DNA of 64,000 nt from Gammaproteobacteria bacterium (GTDB taxonomy: Bacteria; Pseudomonadota; Gammaproteobacteria; SZUA-229). The DNA is taken from the NCBI GenBank assembly GCA_026995045.1, contig JALWPK010000137.1:83-64082 (forward strand), written 5' to 3'. Positions within the stretch are counted from its first letter, which is position 1. Every line of letters begins with the position of its first letter. A program made the translations under genes and the position numbers. This document shows positions 30,401-43,549 of this stretch, piece after piece. The notes under the pieces were generated by a model, which was not told the DNA's origin, searched no databases, and saw only the letters and a list, made by a program, of their open reading frames with translations.

Positions 30401-30949
30401 GGTTGGCGGATCCAGCGCCACCTGCAACAGGTTGGCGTAAACCTCCACAGGCACAGCCTTTTTATCGAACGGTATCGGCAGGCCGCCTTCAACGATGTGG
30501 AACACGCCAGAGGTGGTGCGGCGGTCGTTCTTCGGATTATGCAACACGCCCTGCTTGACGCGATACGACTCCAGCAGCTCTGACTGGTGCTTGTTGTCGA
30601 CCAGCGGCAGCGACAGCTCACGCGCCAGGCCTTCTTCATTCAGGGTAAAGGTTTCGCCAGGCAGTTTGACCTGCATGTCGACGCCGTTACGCTTGAGATA
30701 ATCGGTGAGAAAATTCTGGATGCGCTGATCCGCCGGGCAGCGGTAGTCGGCCAACAGGCGGCGGTGCTCGGAATAGTTTTTCAGCAGGCTGTCAGCAATC
30801 GAGAGGTAACTGCGGTCGGTGCTGAGCTGGCATTTGTGCCCCAGAGCGGCCAGTTGCAGGCAAATGTTTTGCAGTGTGATCTGGCGCTTATCAACCGCGC
30901 GGCGTTCGGGAAGGGTATAGCGGGTTTGCATATTCATAACGGTAGCCAA
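27482..30949 (-). CDS. PPi-type phosphoenolpyruvate carboxykinase (PEP carboxytransphosphorylase)
   Basis: About 1150 aa; [76 protein letters not shown]. Confidence 0.85.
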   Translation of the reverse strand: [1155 protein letters not shown]

Positions 30950-31195
30950 GGCGTGTATCCTTAAACTCTCTGATTGCGAGGGAGCGCTATTTTAATCAGC
31001 TACCGGCGAAATATCTAATTAGCAAAGGGTAATACACTAACATTCGGTTATTGAATATTTACAATACTTTCAATAACCTGCGCAGTTTAGGCCAGATAAC
31101 GCACCGATGTGGTGCGATAAAAAAAGCATGCCCCGGCAGCCGCCAAACACGCAGCTTTTCAGGGGATTTACTGATACCGAGGCGACGTATGGACA

Positions 31196-31387
31196 GTGAA
31201 CCATGCGCGCCCTGATGGAGAAAACATGAAGCCACACAGCGACAAATCAGCAGACAAACCCGGCTCACAACCATCCGGCAAGGGCGCTTCCAGTGACGGC
31301 CCCAGCGACTTTGTGGTCGGCTCGGTGCTGTTCATTATTTTTCTCGTCTTTATGACGCTGTGGATGCTGTACCGCCTGCCGGACTGA
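31196..31387 (+). CDS. Small hypothetical single-TM protein
   Basis: Polar N-terminus followed by a strongly hydrophobic 22-aa segment; alternative ATG at 31226 follows GGAG. Confidence 0.4.
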   Translation: MNHARPDGENMKPHSDKSADKPGSQPSGKGASSDGPSDFVVGSVLFIIFLVFMTLWMLYRLPD

Positions 31388-31406
31388 CTGTCCGCCGGCG
31401 CCCCGG

Positions 31407-32777
31407 TTATTCCCGTTTTTTCTTCACCGGCCGCTTCCAGCCCCTGATGCTGGTCTGCTTGCTGCGGCTCAGCACCAGCACCTCGTCTTCGGTGTCGCGG
31501 GTGATGGTGCTGCCGGCGCCAATGGTGGTATTTTTGCCGACTGTGACCGGCGCCACCAGCTGGGTGTCGGAGCCGATGAAAGCGCCGTCCTTGATTACGG
31601 TTTTGTGCTTGTTGGCGCCATCGTAATTGCAGGTGATGGTCCCGGCGCCGATATTCACCTCGGCGCCGATTTCTGAATCGCCCAGATAGCTCAGATGACT
31701 GGCCTTGGAGCCTTTGCCTAGCACGGTGTTTTTGGTTTCGACAAAATTGCCCACCTTGCTGTTTTCGCACAGATGCGTACCGGGACGGATGCGCGCGAAC
31801 GGACCGACTTCGACGTTCTTGTCGATGATTGCATTTTCAATCACGCTGTGCGGCTTGATGTGACTGTCGCAGGCGATGGTGCTATTGCTGATGACGCAGC
31901 CCGCGCCGATGTGCGCGCCCGGGCCGATATTCACCTCGCCTTCGAATACACAATCGACATCAATAAAAGCATCGTTGCCGACATTGAGTTCGCCGCGGAT
32001 GTCGATGCGCGACGGGTCAGCCAGACTGACGCCTTCCGCCATAATCGCCTCGGCCTGTTGCCGCTGTTTAACGCGCTCCAGCCTCGCCAGCTGGATGCGG
32101 TCATTGACGCCTTCGACCTCGGCGGTAGTTTGCGGATGTGTGGCGACAACCCTGTTGCCATCCTGCACAGCCAGCGCAATCAGGTCGGTAAGATAATATT
32201 CGCCCTGTGCATTGTCATTACCGATACGCGCCAGGCACCGGTTGAGATAACCGGCGCGCACCGCGAGGATGCCGGTGTTGATTTCGCAAATGGCGCGCTG
32301 CTCTTCGCTGGCGTCCTTGTGTTCGACAATCGCGATGACGTTGCCGTCATCATCCCGCACGATGCGGCCATAGCCTGTCGGGTCATCCAGTTCCACTGTC
32401 AACAGCGCGACATCATCGCCGCTGACGTTTTGCACCAGTTGCTGCAAGGTGGCTGTCTCAATCAGCGGCACATCGCCGTACAGTATCAATGCGATATTGT
32501 CGTCCCGAATAGCCGGGCTGGCCTGCTGCACCGCGTGGGCGGTGCCGAGTTGTTGTTCCTGTTCATGCCATTCGGCGTCGAAATGGGCGCAGGCCTGTTT
32601 CAGCAGGTCGCCGCCGTGGCCGTAAACAATGTGTATGCTGTCGGCTTTGAGTTCACGGCTGCGGTCGTAAACATGTTCGACCATCGGCTTGCCCGCCAGC
32701 TTGTGCAGCACCTTAGGCAGGCGGCTTTTCATTCGGGTGCCCTGACCAGCGGCCAGGATGATGACGCTTAACGGCAT
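31407..32777 (-). CDS. glmU: Bifunctional GlmU
   Basis: [23 protein letters not shown], hexapeptide repeats, NYDGANKH. Confidence 0.98.
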   Translation of the reverse strand: MPLSVIILAAGQGTRMKSRLPKVLHKLAGKPMVEHVYDRSRELKADSIHIVYGHGGDLLKQACAHFDAEWHEQEQQLGTAHAVQQASPAIRDDNIALILYGDVPLIETATLQQLVQNVSGDDVALLTVELDDPTGYGRIVRDDDGNVIAIVEHKDASEEQRAICEINTGILAVRAGYLNRCLARIGNDNAQGEYYLTDLIALAVQDGNRVVATHPQTTAEVEGVNDRIQLARLERVKQRQQAEAIMAEGVSLADPSRIDIRGELNVGNDAFIDVDCVFEGEVNIGPGAHIGAGCVISNSTIACDSHIKPHSVIENAIIDKNVEVGPFARIRPGTHLCENSKVGNFVETKNTVLGKGSKASHLSYLGDSEIGAEVNIGAGTITCNYDGANKHKTVIKDGAFIGSDTQLVAPVTVGKNTTIGAGSTITRDTEDEVLVLSRSKQTSIRGWKRPVKKKRE

Positions 32778-32812
32778 ATTTATCCTTTTTGCATACTATG
32801 CGAATTCAAATG

Positions 32813-32840
32813 AAAAAGGCCGGTGAAAAACACCGGCCTT
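32813..32840 (-). terminator. Intrinsic terminator after atpC
   Basis: Minus strand AAGGCCGGTG-TTTTT-CACCGGCCTT followed by TTT. Confidence 0.8.
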
Positions 32841-32887
32841 CAAATTGTAGCGCATCAACCGTGCGGTTGCTGACAGTCGACAGCCCG

Positions 32888-33307
32888 TTAGCCTTTCTTC
32901 TTCAGCTTCTTGATGGTTTCCAGCTGGGCGATGGCTTCGGCCAGTTCGGCCTTGGCGCGGGCGTATTCCATATCCGAGGTCTTGTCCTGCATCGCGGCTT
33001 CGGCGCGCGCCTTGGCTTCCAGCGCGGCGGCTTCGTCCAGATCGGCTGCGCGCACAGCGGTGTCAGACAGCACGGTAACGATATGCGGTTGCACTTCCAG
33101 CACGCCGCCGTTGACGAAGAAAACCTGCTCGGCGCCGCCCTGTTCCACCACGCGGACTTCGCCGGGTTTCAGGCGAGTAAGCATGGGCGCATGACGGGGA
33201 TGAATACCCACCTCACCCATTTCCGCAGGCGCATAGCATTCGATAACAGTGCCTGAGAATATCTCGTTTTCTGCGCTGACGATGTCAACGTGCATGGTCA
33301 TGGCCAT
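32888..33307 (-). CDS. atpC: F1 epsilon subunit
   Basis: DIVSAE, GEVGIHPRHAP, GGVLEVQP; operon position. Confidence 0.97.
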   Translation of the reverse strand: MAMTMHVDIVSAENEIFSGTVIECYAPAEMGEVGIHPRHAPMLTRLKPGEVRVVEQGGAEQVFFVNGGVLEVQPHIVTVLSDTAVRAADLDEAAALEAKARAEAAMQDKTSDMEYARAKAELAEAIAQLETIKKLKKKG

Positions 33308-33331
33308 TATTGTACGCTCTTCTCTTTTCGC

Positions 33332-34726
<1,395 letters not shown>

Positions 34727-34759
34727 TCAATATTTAAATTCGTTATGGTCTGCTGCTGA

Positions 34760-35623
34760 CTAGACCGCTGCCGCGCCGCTGACGATTTCGGAAATTTCCT
34801 GGGTAATCGCCGCCTGGCGCGCCTTGTTGTAAATGGTCTGTAATTCTTTAATCAGCTCACCGGCGTTGTCGGTGGCGGCTTTCATCGCAATCATGCGCGC
34901 GGACATTTCACTGGCGATGTTTTCCACCACGCCCTGATAGACCTGGGATTCGATAAAGCGCAGCATCAGCGCGTCGATCACCGGTTTGGAGTCCGGCTCG
35001 TAGATGTAGTCCCAGTGGTGCTCCAGCTCGGCGTCGGGTTCGCCGCTCACCGGAATAATCTGCTGGATGGTCGGGGTTTGCGTCATGGTGTTCACAAACT
35101 CGTTGTTGACCAGATACAAACGGTCGATTTCACCGTTGTCGTAGGCGTCCAGCATCACCTTGACCGAACCGATCAGGTCTTCCAGCATCGGCTTGTCGCC
35201 AATGTTGCTGAGTTCGGCAATCATCTTGCACTTGAAGCGGCTGAAAAAGCCCACGGCTTTTTTGCCGATGGCGCACACATCCACTTCCACGCCTTTTTCA
35301 TCCCACTGCATCATTTCGCCGACCACCGCCTTGAACATGTTGGTGTTGAGGCCGCCGCACAAACCGCGGTCGGTGGAAATGATGATGTAGCCAACGCGTT
35401 TGATTTCGTCGCGCTCCTGCAAGTAAGGATGCTTGTATTCAGAATGCGACTGCGCCAGATGCGCCAGCACGCTGCGAATCTTGGTCGCATACGGACGGGA
35501 AGCATACATGCGATCCTGGGCGCGGCGCATTTTACTGGCCGCCACCATTTCCATCGCCTTGGTGATCTTGGCTGTGTTTTGTACGCTTTTGATTTTGCCG
35601 CGTATTTCTTTCGCGCCCGCCAT
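34760..35623 (-). CDS. atpG: F1 gamma subunit
   Basis: [32 protein letters not shown]. Confidence 0.99.
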   Translation of the reverse strand: MAGAKEIRGKIKSVQNTAKITKAMEMVAASKMRRAQDRMYASRPYATKIRSVLAHLAQSHSEYKHPYLQERDEIKRVGYIIISTDRGLCGGLNTNMFKAVVGEMMQWDEKGVEVDVCAIGKKAVGFFSRFKCKMIAELSNIGDKPMLEDLIGSVKVMLDAYDNGEIDRLYLVNNEFVNTMTQTPTIQQIIPVSGEPDAELEHHWDYIYEPDSKPVIDALMLRFIESQVYQGVVENIASEMSARMIAMKAATDNAGELIKELQTIYNKARQAAITQEISEIVSGAAAV

Positions 35624-35657
35624 GTGTTATCCCGTCGTCAGTTAATCGCAGTTGTGC

Positions 35658-37199
35658 CTAAAACACGCCCTTGGCTTTGAAGTCGTCCAGCGCGGCGCGC
35701 ATGGCGGCTTCAATGTCATCGTTGTAGTCGCCGGTGCTGTTAATCTGATCCAGCAGCTCGGCGTAGTTGCTCTTGATGTGCGCCAGCATGGCGGCTTCAA
35801 AATCCACCACCTTGTTGGTGTCAATATCATCCAGATAGCCTTCGTTGGCCATGAACAGCGAGAACGCCATTTCCGCAACCGACATCGGTGAATACTGCGC
35901 CTGTTTCATCAGTTCGGTGACGCGTTCACCACGCTCCAGCTGGGCGCGGGTGGCGTCATCGAGGTCGGAGGCAAACTGGGCGAAGGCCGCCAGTTCGCGG
36001 TACTGCGCCAGCGCCAGTCGCACGCCGCCGCCGAGTTTCTTGATGATGGTGGTCTGCGCGGAACCGCCCACACGCGAGACGGACAGGCCGGCGTTGATCG
36101 CCGGGCGGATGCCGACGTTGAACAGGTCAGATTCAAGGAAAATCTGGCCATCGGTAATGGAAATCACGTTGGTCGGCACGAACGCGGAAACGTCGCCGTC
36201 CTGGGTTTCAATAATCGGCAGCGCGGTGAGCGAACCGGTTTTGCCGGTGACCTTGCCACCGGTGAATTTTTCCACATACTCGGCGTTAACGCGGGCAGCG
36301 CGCTCCAGCAAACGCGAATGCAGGTAGAACACGTCACCCGGATAGGCTTCACGGCCCGGCGGGCGGCGCAGCAGCAGGGAAACCTGACGATAGGCCCAGG
36401 CCTGTTTGGTCAGGTCATCGTACACAATCAGCGCATCCATGCCGTTGTCGCGGAAGTACTCGCCCATGGTGCAACCGGCGTAGGGCGCGATGAACTGCAT
36501 CGCGGCGGACTCGGCGGCGGTGGCGGCAACCACAATGGTGTGTTCCATCGCACCGTGCTCTTCCAGCTTGCGCACGATGTTGGCGACGGTGGAGGCTTTC
36601 TGGCCGACCGCCACATAAATACATTTCACCCCGGTGTTGGCCTGGTTGATGATGGCGTCGATGGCGACAGCGGTTTTACCGGTCTGGCGGTCACCGATAA
36701 TCAGCTCGCGCTGACCGCGGCCAATCGGCACCATGGAGTCAATCGACTTGAGGCCGGTCTGCACCGGCTGGTCGACGGATTTACGTTCGATTACGCCCGG
36801 CGCGATTTTTTCAATCGGCGCGGTCTCGCTGGCCTCAATCGGGCCCTTGCCGTCGATGGGATTGCCCAGCGCGTCGACCACGCGGCCCAGCAGGCCTTCA
36901 CCGATGGGCACTTCCAGAATACGGCCGGTGCATTTGGCGGTGTCGCCTTCTGACAGATGACCGTAGGAGCCCAGCACCACGGCGCCAACTGAATCGCGCT
37001 CCAGGTTAAGCGCCATGGCGTAAGTGTCGCCCGGCAGTTCGATCATTTCGCCCTGCATGGCGTCGGCCAGACCGTGAATGCGCAGAATACCGTCGGTCAG
37101 GCTGACAACCGTGCCTTCGGTGCGCGCCTCGACGCTGGCGTCGAAGTTCTCGATTCTGGATTTGATGAGTTCACTGATTTCAGATGGATTCAGTTGCAT
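35658..37199 (-). CDS. atpA: F1 alpha subunit
   Basis: [29 protein letters not shown]. Confidence 0.99.
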   Translation of the reverse strand: MQLNPSEISELIKSRIENFDASVEARTEGTVVSLTDGILRIHGLADAMQGEMIELPGDTYAMALNLERDSVGAVVLGSYGHLSEGDTAKCTGRILEVPIGEGLLGRVVDALGNPIDGKGPIEASETAPIEKIAPGVIERKSVDQPVQTGLKSIDSMVPIGRGQRELIIGDRQTGKTAVAIDAIINQANTGVKCIYVAVGQKASTVANIVRKLEEHGAMEHTIVVAATAAESAAMQFIAPYAGCTMGEYFRDNGMDALIVYDDLTKQAWAYRQVSLLLRRPPGREAYPGDVFYLHSRLLERAARVNAEYVEKFTGGKVTGKTGSLTALPIIETQDGDVSAFVPTNVISITDGQIFLESDLFNVGIRPAINAGLSVSRVGGSAQTTIIKKLGGGVRLALAQYRELAAFAQFASDLDDATRAQLERGERVTELMKQAQYSPMSVAEMAFSLFMANEGYLDDIDTNKVVDFEAAMLAHIKSNYAELLDQINSTGDYNDDIEAAMRAALDDFKAKGVF

Positions 37200-37212
37200 T
37201 TCAAGTTTCCTC

Positions 37213-37749
37213 TTAACGGCTCAGACTCAGCGCCAGCGATTCCAGCCGGGACTTCATTGAGCCATCGATAATAGTATCTCCGGCCTTGATCACCACGCCG
37301 CCGATCAATGACACATCGGTAGCCGTGGTAAGTGACACTTCGCGGCCAAGCTTGTTTTTGAGTGTCGTGGTAATAGTGTTGACTTGCTCGTCGCTGAGCT
37401 CGAAGGCGGACACCACCTGCGCATCAATCTTGCCTTCGGCTTCGGCGCGAAACACTTCGAACTGTTGCGCCACATCAGGCAATGCCTGCAAGCGGTTGTT
37501 TTCCGCCATCAGCCGGATCAGGTTTTGCTGCTGCGCTGACAGTTTGTCGCCAATCACGGTGAGCACGGCTTCGCCTTTTTGCTGACGGCCCATGCGCGGA
37601 TTGTCCAGCACGTCGCGCATGGCGCTGTCGCTGACCACGGCGGCCATCAGCGCAAGCGCATCGCCCCATTCACTGACGGCGTTATGTTGCTGTGCTGTCT
37701 GGTAAACCGCGCGTGCGTAGGGGCGGGCGGCAGTTGTGTTTTCGGCCAT
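37213..37749 (-). CDS. atpH: F1 delta subunit
   Basis: [24 protein letters not shown]. Confidence 0.97.
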   Translation of the reverse strand: MAENTTAARPYARAVYQTAQQHNAVSEWGDALALMAAVVSDSAMRDVLDNPRMGRQQKGEAVLTVIGDKLSAQQQNLIRLMAENNRLQALPDVAQQFEVFRAEAEGKIDAQVVSAFELSDEQVNTITTTLKNKLGREVSLTTATDVSLIGGVVIKAGDTIIDGSMKSRLESLALSLSR

Positions 37750-37764
37750 GTTGAATCGCCCGGC

Positions 37765-38235
37765 TTACAGTTGCGCGGCCAGATCGTCGAGCGCGCTGGC
37801 GTGCGCGGCGGCGTCAACCTCGCGCTTGAGCACTTTTTCCGCGCCGGCAATCGCCAGGCTGACGACTTCCTTGCGCAGATGCTCACGGGCGCGATTGACC
37901 TCCTGCTCGATTTCCGCCTCGGCGCCGGCTTTGATGCGGTCGGCTTCGGTGCGCGCATCTTCCTTGGCTTCATCGACAATTTCAGCAGCGCGCTTTTGCG
38001 CCTGGGCGAGAATTTCCGCCGCCTGGCCCTTGGCTTCTTTCAGATGCTCGGCGGCTTTTTTCTCCGCCAGCTCCTGTTCGTGCTGACCGCGTTCGGCAGC
38101 CGCCAGACCATCGGCAATCTGCTTCTTGCGCTCGGCCAGCGCGTTGACCAGCGGCGGCCACACGTAGGCGTAGCAGAACCAGACAAACACGAAGAACGTG
38201 ATTGACTGGCCAATCAGCGTTAAATTGATATTCAT
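37765..38235 (-). CDS. atpF: F0 b subunit
   Basis: [14 protein letters not shown], long coiled coil. Confidence 0.97.
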   Translation of the reverse strand: MNINLTLIGQSITFFVFVWFCYAYVWPPLVNALAERKKQIADGLAAAERGQHEQELAEKKAAEHLKEAKGQAAEILAQAQKRAAEIVDEAKEDARTEADRIKAGAEAEIEQEVNRAREHLRKEVVSLAIAGAEKVLKREVDAAAHASALDDLAAQL

Positions 38236-38258
38236 ACGCTAAAACCCGTTTGGTGGCG

Positions 38259-38507
<249 letters not shown>

Positions 38508-38547
38508 CTAAATATTAAATCTTCAAAATTCAAAAAATCTGTTCGTA

Positions 38548-39848
<1,301 letters not shown>

Positions 39849-39979
39849 TTATTACAGGCGCAACACACCCGGTGCGGGAGCGCGCGCAGATTATAAGGAG
39901 TGCAGCCATGTGGGTCAAGTTGCGATGCAGGCATAAGAAGGGTTTATGACGAGCGGTTTTTATTAAGCGCTTCAAAGGC

Positions 39980-40846
39980 TTACCTGATTTTCTCCAGTAT
40001 GCCGTCGAGCTCGTCGAGGCTATTAAAATGGATTTCGAGCGAACCCTTGCCCTTGGCGCCCGACTTTATGCTGACCGATGCGCCCAGCTTCTCGCTCAGC
40101 TCGCTTTCCAGCCGGGTGATGTTGGGGTCTTTTTTCATCGGTTTGGCTTTGGGTTTTTTGTCCGACTGCCTGCGCACCAGCTGCTCGGTTTCGCGCACCG
40201 ACAGGCCTTTTTTGGCTACCTCTTTCGCCAGCCGGCTTTGTTCGGCGCCGGACACGCCCAACAGGGCGCGGGCATGACCCATTTCTATCTGGCGCTCGGC
40301 CAGCAGGGTTTTGACATCTTCGTTCAGGTCCTGCAGGCGCAGCAGATTGCTGACGCTGGCGCGAGAGCGCGCCACGGTGTCGGCCACTTGCTGGTGGGTC
40401 ATGTCAAATTCGCTGATCAGGCGTAGCAGGGCGTTGGATTCTTCCAGCGGGTTCAGGTTTTCGCGCTGGATGTTTTCAATCAGCGACACCGCCGCCGCGG
40501 TCTGGTCATCAAAGCTTTTGATGACCGCCGGAATGGTTTGCAAACCAGCCAATTGCGAGGCGCGCCAGCGGCGCTCGCCGGCTACAATCTCGTACACCCC
40601 ACCCGCCGCCTTGCGCACCACAATCGGCTGCACCACGCCCTGGGTGGAAATGGAATCGGCCAGCTCCTGCAGCGCCTCTTCATCAAAATGCACGCGCGGC
40701 TGCCATGGGCCGCGCTGCACCAGATCGATATCCAGCTCGCGCAACTCGTCATCGCTGACCGCCGTGGTCAATGCTTCTACCGATTCATTACCGCCGAGCA
40801 GGGCGTTAAGGCCGCGCCCCAGGCCGCGTTTTTTCTTGCTTGCCAT
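39980..40846 (-). CDS. parB: Chromosome partitioning protein ParB
   Basis: GLGRGLNAL, QPR, AGERRWRA, ENIQRENL, GHARAL. Confidence 0.97.
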   Translation of the reverse strand: MASKKKRGLGRGLNALLGGNESVEALTTAVSDDELRELDIDLVQRGPWQPRVHFDEEALQELADSISTQGVVQPIVVRKAAGGVYEIVAGERRWRASQLAGLQTIPAVIKSFDDQTAAAVSLIENIQRENLNPLEESNALLRLISEFDMTHQQVADTVARSRASVSNLLRLQDLNEDVKTLLAERQIEMGHARALLGVSGAEQSRLAKEVAKKGLSVRETEQLVRRQSDKKPKAKPMKKDPNITRLESELSEKLGASVSIKSGAKGKGSLEIHFNSLDELDGILEKIR

Positions 40847-40903
40847 AACTGCGAGTTACTAACCAAAAAATATTTTGTTGTCGACAGGCTGCCGCGCGAA
40901 TGC

Positions 40904-41725
40904 TTATGCGGTGGTACCTGTCCCAGTGGTTGCGCCCGGCGAGCCGCCAGTGGCGTGCTTGCGTTGATCGCGGCGCAGCATTTCCCCAGCCAGCGCCAGA
41001 TAGGCCAGCGCGCCGCGCGAGGTTTTCTCATACAGCAGCGCCGGCAGACCATGGCTGGGCGCTTCCGCCAGCCGCACATTGCGCGGCACCACGGTGCGAT
41101 AGACCTTGTCGCCAAAATGCTCGATCAACTGCGCCGACACATCGTTGGACAGGGTGTTGCGCGGGTCGAACATGGTGCGCAGCAGGCCTTCGATTTTCAG
41201 CCTGGGATTCACCGTGGCGCGCACCTGCTCGATGGTTTCCATCAATGCAGTCAGCCCTTCCAGCGCATAGTATTCGCACTGCATCGGGATAATTACCCCG
41301 TCGGCCGCGACCAGCGCGTTCAGGGTGAGCATGTTGAGCGCTGGCGGGCAGTCCAGCAGCACATAATCATATCTGTCTTTTATCGGCGCAATCGCGTTTT
41401 TTAGCGTGTTTTCGGCGCCGTCTGTGCGCATCAACTCGACTTCGGCTGCGGTCAGATCGGTATTGGACGGCAACAGGTCGATGCCGATATTATCCAGATG
41501 ATGCACGCATTCGAACACATCGTAGCCTGACAGCAGCACGTCGCAGAAGGTGTATTCCAGCGCGTTTTTGTCCACGCCCACGCCCATGGTGGCGTTGCCC
41601 TGCGGGTCGAGGTCGATCAGCAACACGCTGCGTTTGGTCGCCGCCAGTGAGGCTGCGAGGTTAACGCTGGTGGTGGTTTTGCCGACGCCGCCTTTCTGGT
41701 TGGCGAGTGCGAGTACCTGAGTCAT
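40904..41725 (-). CDS. parA: Chromosome partitioning ATPase ParA/Soj
   Basis: NQKGGVGKTT, DLDPQGNAT, DCPP, QCEYYALEG, EAPSHG. Confidence 0.97.
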   Translation of the reverse strand: MTQVLALANQKGGVGKTTTSVNLAASLAATKRSVLLIDLDPQGNATMGVGVDKNALEYTFCDVLLSGYDVFECVHHLDNIGIDLLPSNTDLTAAEVELMRTDGAENTLKNAIAPIKDRYDYVLLDCPPALNMLTLNALVAADGVIIPMQCEYYALEGLTALMETIEQVRATVNPRLKIEGLLRTMFDPRNTLSNDVSAQLIEHFGDKVYRTVVPRNVRLAEAPSHGLPALLYEKTSRGALAYLALAGEMLRRDQRKHATGGSPGATTGTGTTA

Positions 41726-41785
41726 GGCGCTATCTTAACAGGTTGGCGCAGCCGCCTCATGCGGACGCTAGCGAAAAACACATAT

Positions 41786-42406
41786 TCATAGCGGCGCAAT
41801 TTCCAGCAAATGCCGTTCGGCGTCCAGCCCCGGCACATCCAGCGCGTGCAGCGCCCTGATTTGATACGCAGGCGTGTTCAGACTTTCATCACGCTTGCCC
41901 TGCATCACCAAGATGCGCGTATCGCCACCGTGCAGGTGGCGCGTGCTGGCGAGAATGTCATCGGTTGCGGCGTAGGCGCGGGCGATGATAACGGGCGCCG
42001 ACTCACCAGGCTGGTAATCCTGCACCCGACTGTGCACTACATCCATATTGTTAAGCCCAAGCTCGATTTTTACCTGCTGCATGAAACGGGTTTTTTTGCT
42101 ATTGGCGTCAATCAGCACGAATGACTGCTCCGGCCTGGCCATCGCCAGCGGAATACCCGGCAGACCGGCGCCGGAGCCAACATCGACCACACTCCCCTCA
42201 CCAATGAAAGGTAGCACCGCCAGTGAATCAAGCAGATGCTTGCTCACCATCTGCTGCGGTTCGCGCACCGCGGTCAGGTTGTAGGTTCTGTTCCAGCGGT
42301 GCAGCAGTGCGATGTATTCAAGCAGCTTTTCTGCTGTCGTCGGGGGCAGGTTCAGTCCCAGTTGCGCAATGCCACTGGCCAATTCGGTGTGAAGTGAAGC
42401 CGTCAT
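41786..42406 (-). CDS. rsmG: 16S rRNA G527 methyltransferase
   Basis: WNRTYNLTA, HLLDSL, DVGSGAGLPG, ERHL; start placed at ATG 42406. Confidence 0.95.
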   Translation of the reverse strand: MTASLHTELASGIAQLGLNLPPTTAEKLLEYIALLHRWNRTYNLTAVREPQQMVSKHLLDSLAVLPFIGEGSVVDVGSGAGLPGIPLAMARPEQSFVLIDANSKKTRFMQQVKIELGLNNMDVVHSRVQDYQPGESAPVIIARAYAATDDILASTRHLHGGDTRILVMQGKRDESLNTPAYQIRALHALDVPGLDAERHLLEIAPL

Positions 42407-42567
42407 GGTGGTATTTTGACATGAACAGCTCTGTTTTATTGCAGCCACGGCGCTGTTTGTCTGCGCCATGAACATATCAGACAGGTATTAGTGTGCTGAC
42501 ATATTGGTCACAGCATGATCATGCTGTTGTTCCGCTAAGGTTTACAGAGTTTATTGGCGGGATTCGA

Positions 42568-43260
42568 CTATCCACCCTTGCTGTCAGACTTGATCGCCAG
42601 CAACTCTACCTCGAAAATCAGTGCAGCGTTTGGCGGTATCCGGTCGCCCAGGCCTTTCGGGCCATAGGCCAGATCGGAGGGGATGAACAATTTCCACTTC
42701 GCGCCCACATGCATGTGCTGCAAGGCTTCCGACCAGCCGGCGATAACCTTGTCGACGCGGAACACCGCCGGTTTGCCATGGCCGTAGGAACTGTCGAACA
42801 GCGTGCCGTCAATTAACATGCCGCGATAATGCGCTTCGACAATATCGTTTTTGCCGGGAACCGGGCCGTCGCCTTCCTCGATGACGGTATATTGCAAACC
42901 GCTGTCCATCACCTGAACGCCGGGTTTCTTGCGGTTGGCCTCCAGAAACAGGTTGCCCTCCACCTGGTTTTTTTGCGCCTCGATTTGCATGCGCTGGCTG
43001 CGACGGGCGCGGTTCTGGTTGATGGCGTCAAACACTTCCGCTCGCGACATAAGGGGGGCGTTGCCTTCAAGCGCATCCTTCACCGCGCGCAATACCATTT
43101 CGTTGTCCAGTTCCGCACCTTCCAGTTTCATGCTCATCACGGCCATCTGGCCTAGCGCATAACTGAGTTTTTGCTTGTCTGTTTTCAGGCTGTCCGCCAG
43201 TCCGTTGCCTGACAGCAACAGCATGCCGGCGGCGAGCCAGACAGGGAGTAATTTGCTCAT
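42568..43260 (-). CDS. Periplasmic FKBP-type PPIase (FkpA/Mip-like)
   Basis: Signal peptide from ATG 43260; LSYALG dimerisation domain; SGLQY, HYRG.L.DGT.FDSS, VIAGW, IPS.LAYG, LIFEVEL. Confidence 0.93.
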   Translation of the reverse strand: MSKLLPVWLAAGMLLLSGNGLADSLKTDKQKLSYALGQMAVMSMKLEGAELDNEMVLRAVKDALEGNAPLMSRAEVFDAINQNRARRSQRMQIEAQKNQVEGNLFLEANRKKPGVQVMDSGLQYTVIEEGDGPVPGKNDIVEAHYRGMLIDGTLFDSSYGHGKPAVFRVDKVIAGWSEALQHMHVGAKWKLFIPSDLAYGPKGLGDRIPPNAALIFEVELLAIKSDSKGG

Positions 43261-43328
43261 GGTTTTGTATCCTGTGTTGTGTCCTGAGTATACCCAGAGC
43301 TTGCCGTATTCTTTTCTGTCAGTATGAC

Positions 43329-43345
43329 AGTCGGGGCAATTTACA
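43329..43345 (+). promoter_or_regulatory. PEP-CTERM-box-like enhancer upstream of the GlyGly-CTERM gene
   Basis: AGTCGGGGCAATTTACA; same layout and orientation as TGTCGGTGTTGTTGACA upstream of the VPLPA-CTERM gene. Confidence 0.6.
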
Positions 43346-43418
43346 CTCGCTTGCCAACACTTGGCGCGCCAACAATGTTGCTCACGTAACCCACTGAAAA
43401 ACAATCAATATTCTGTGA

Positions 43419-43434
43419 TGGCATGCGACTTGCT
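43419..43434 (+). promoter_or_regulatory. Sigma-54 promoter of the GlyGly-CTERM gene
   Basis: TGGCATGCGACTTGCT = GG-N10-GC; IHF-like TAACCCACTGAAA at 43387-43399. Confidence 0.8.
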
Positions 43435-43549
43435 TTATCTGTATCAGGCGCCACTCGTGCTGTTGGCGAACTGACCGCCGGCTTTATGGCAAACCTGCCG
43501 CCGCTATAATGAAATTTGATCACATCACGAAATTTAACGAGTAACTGTT

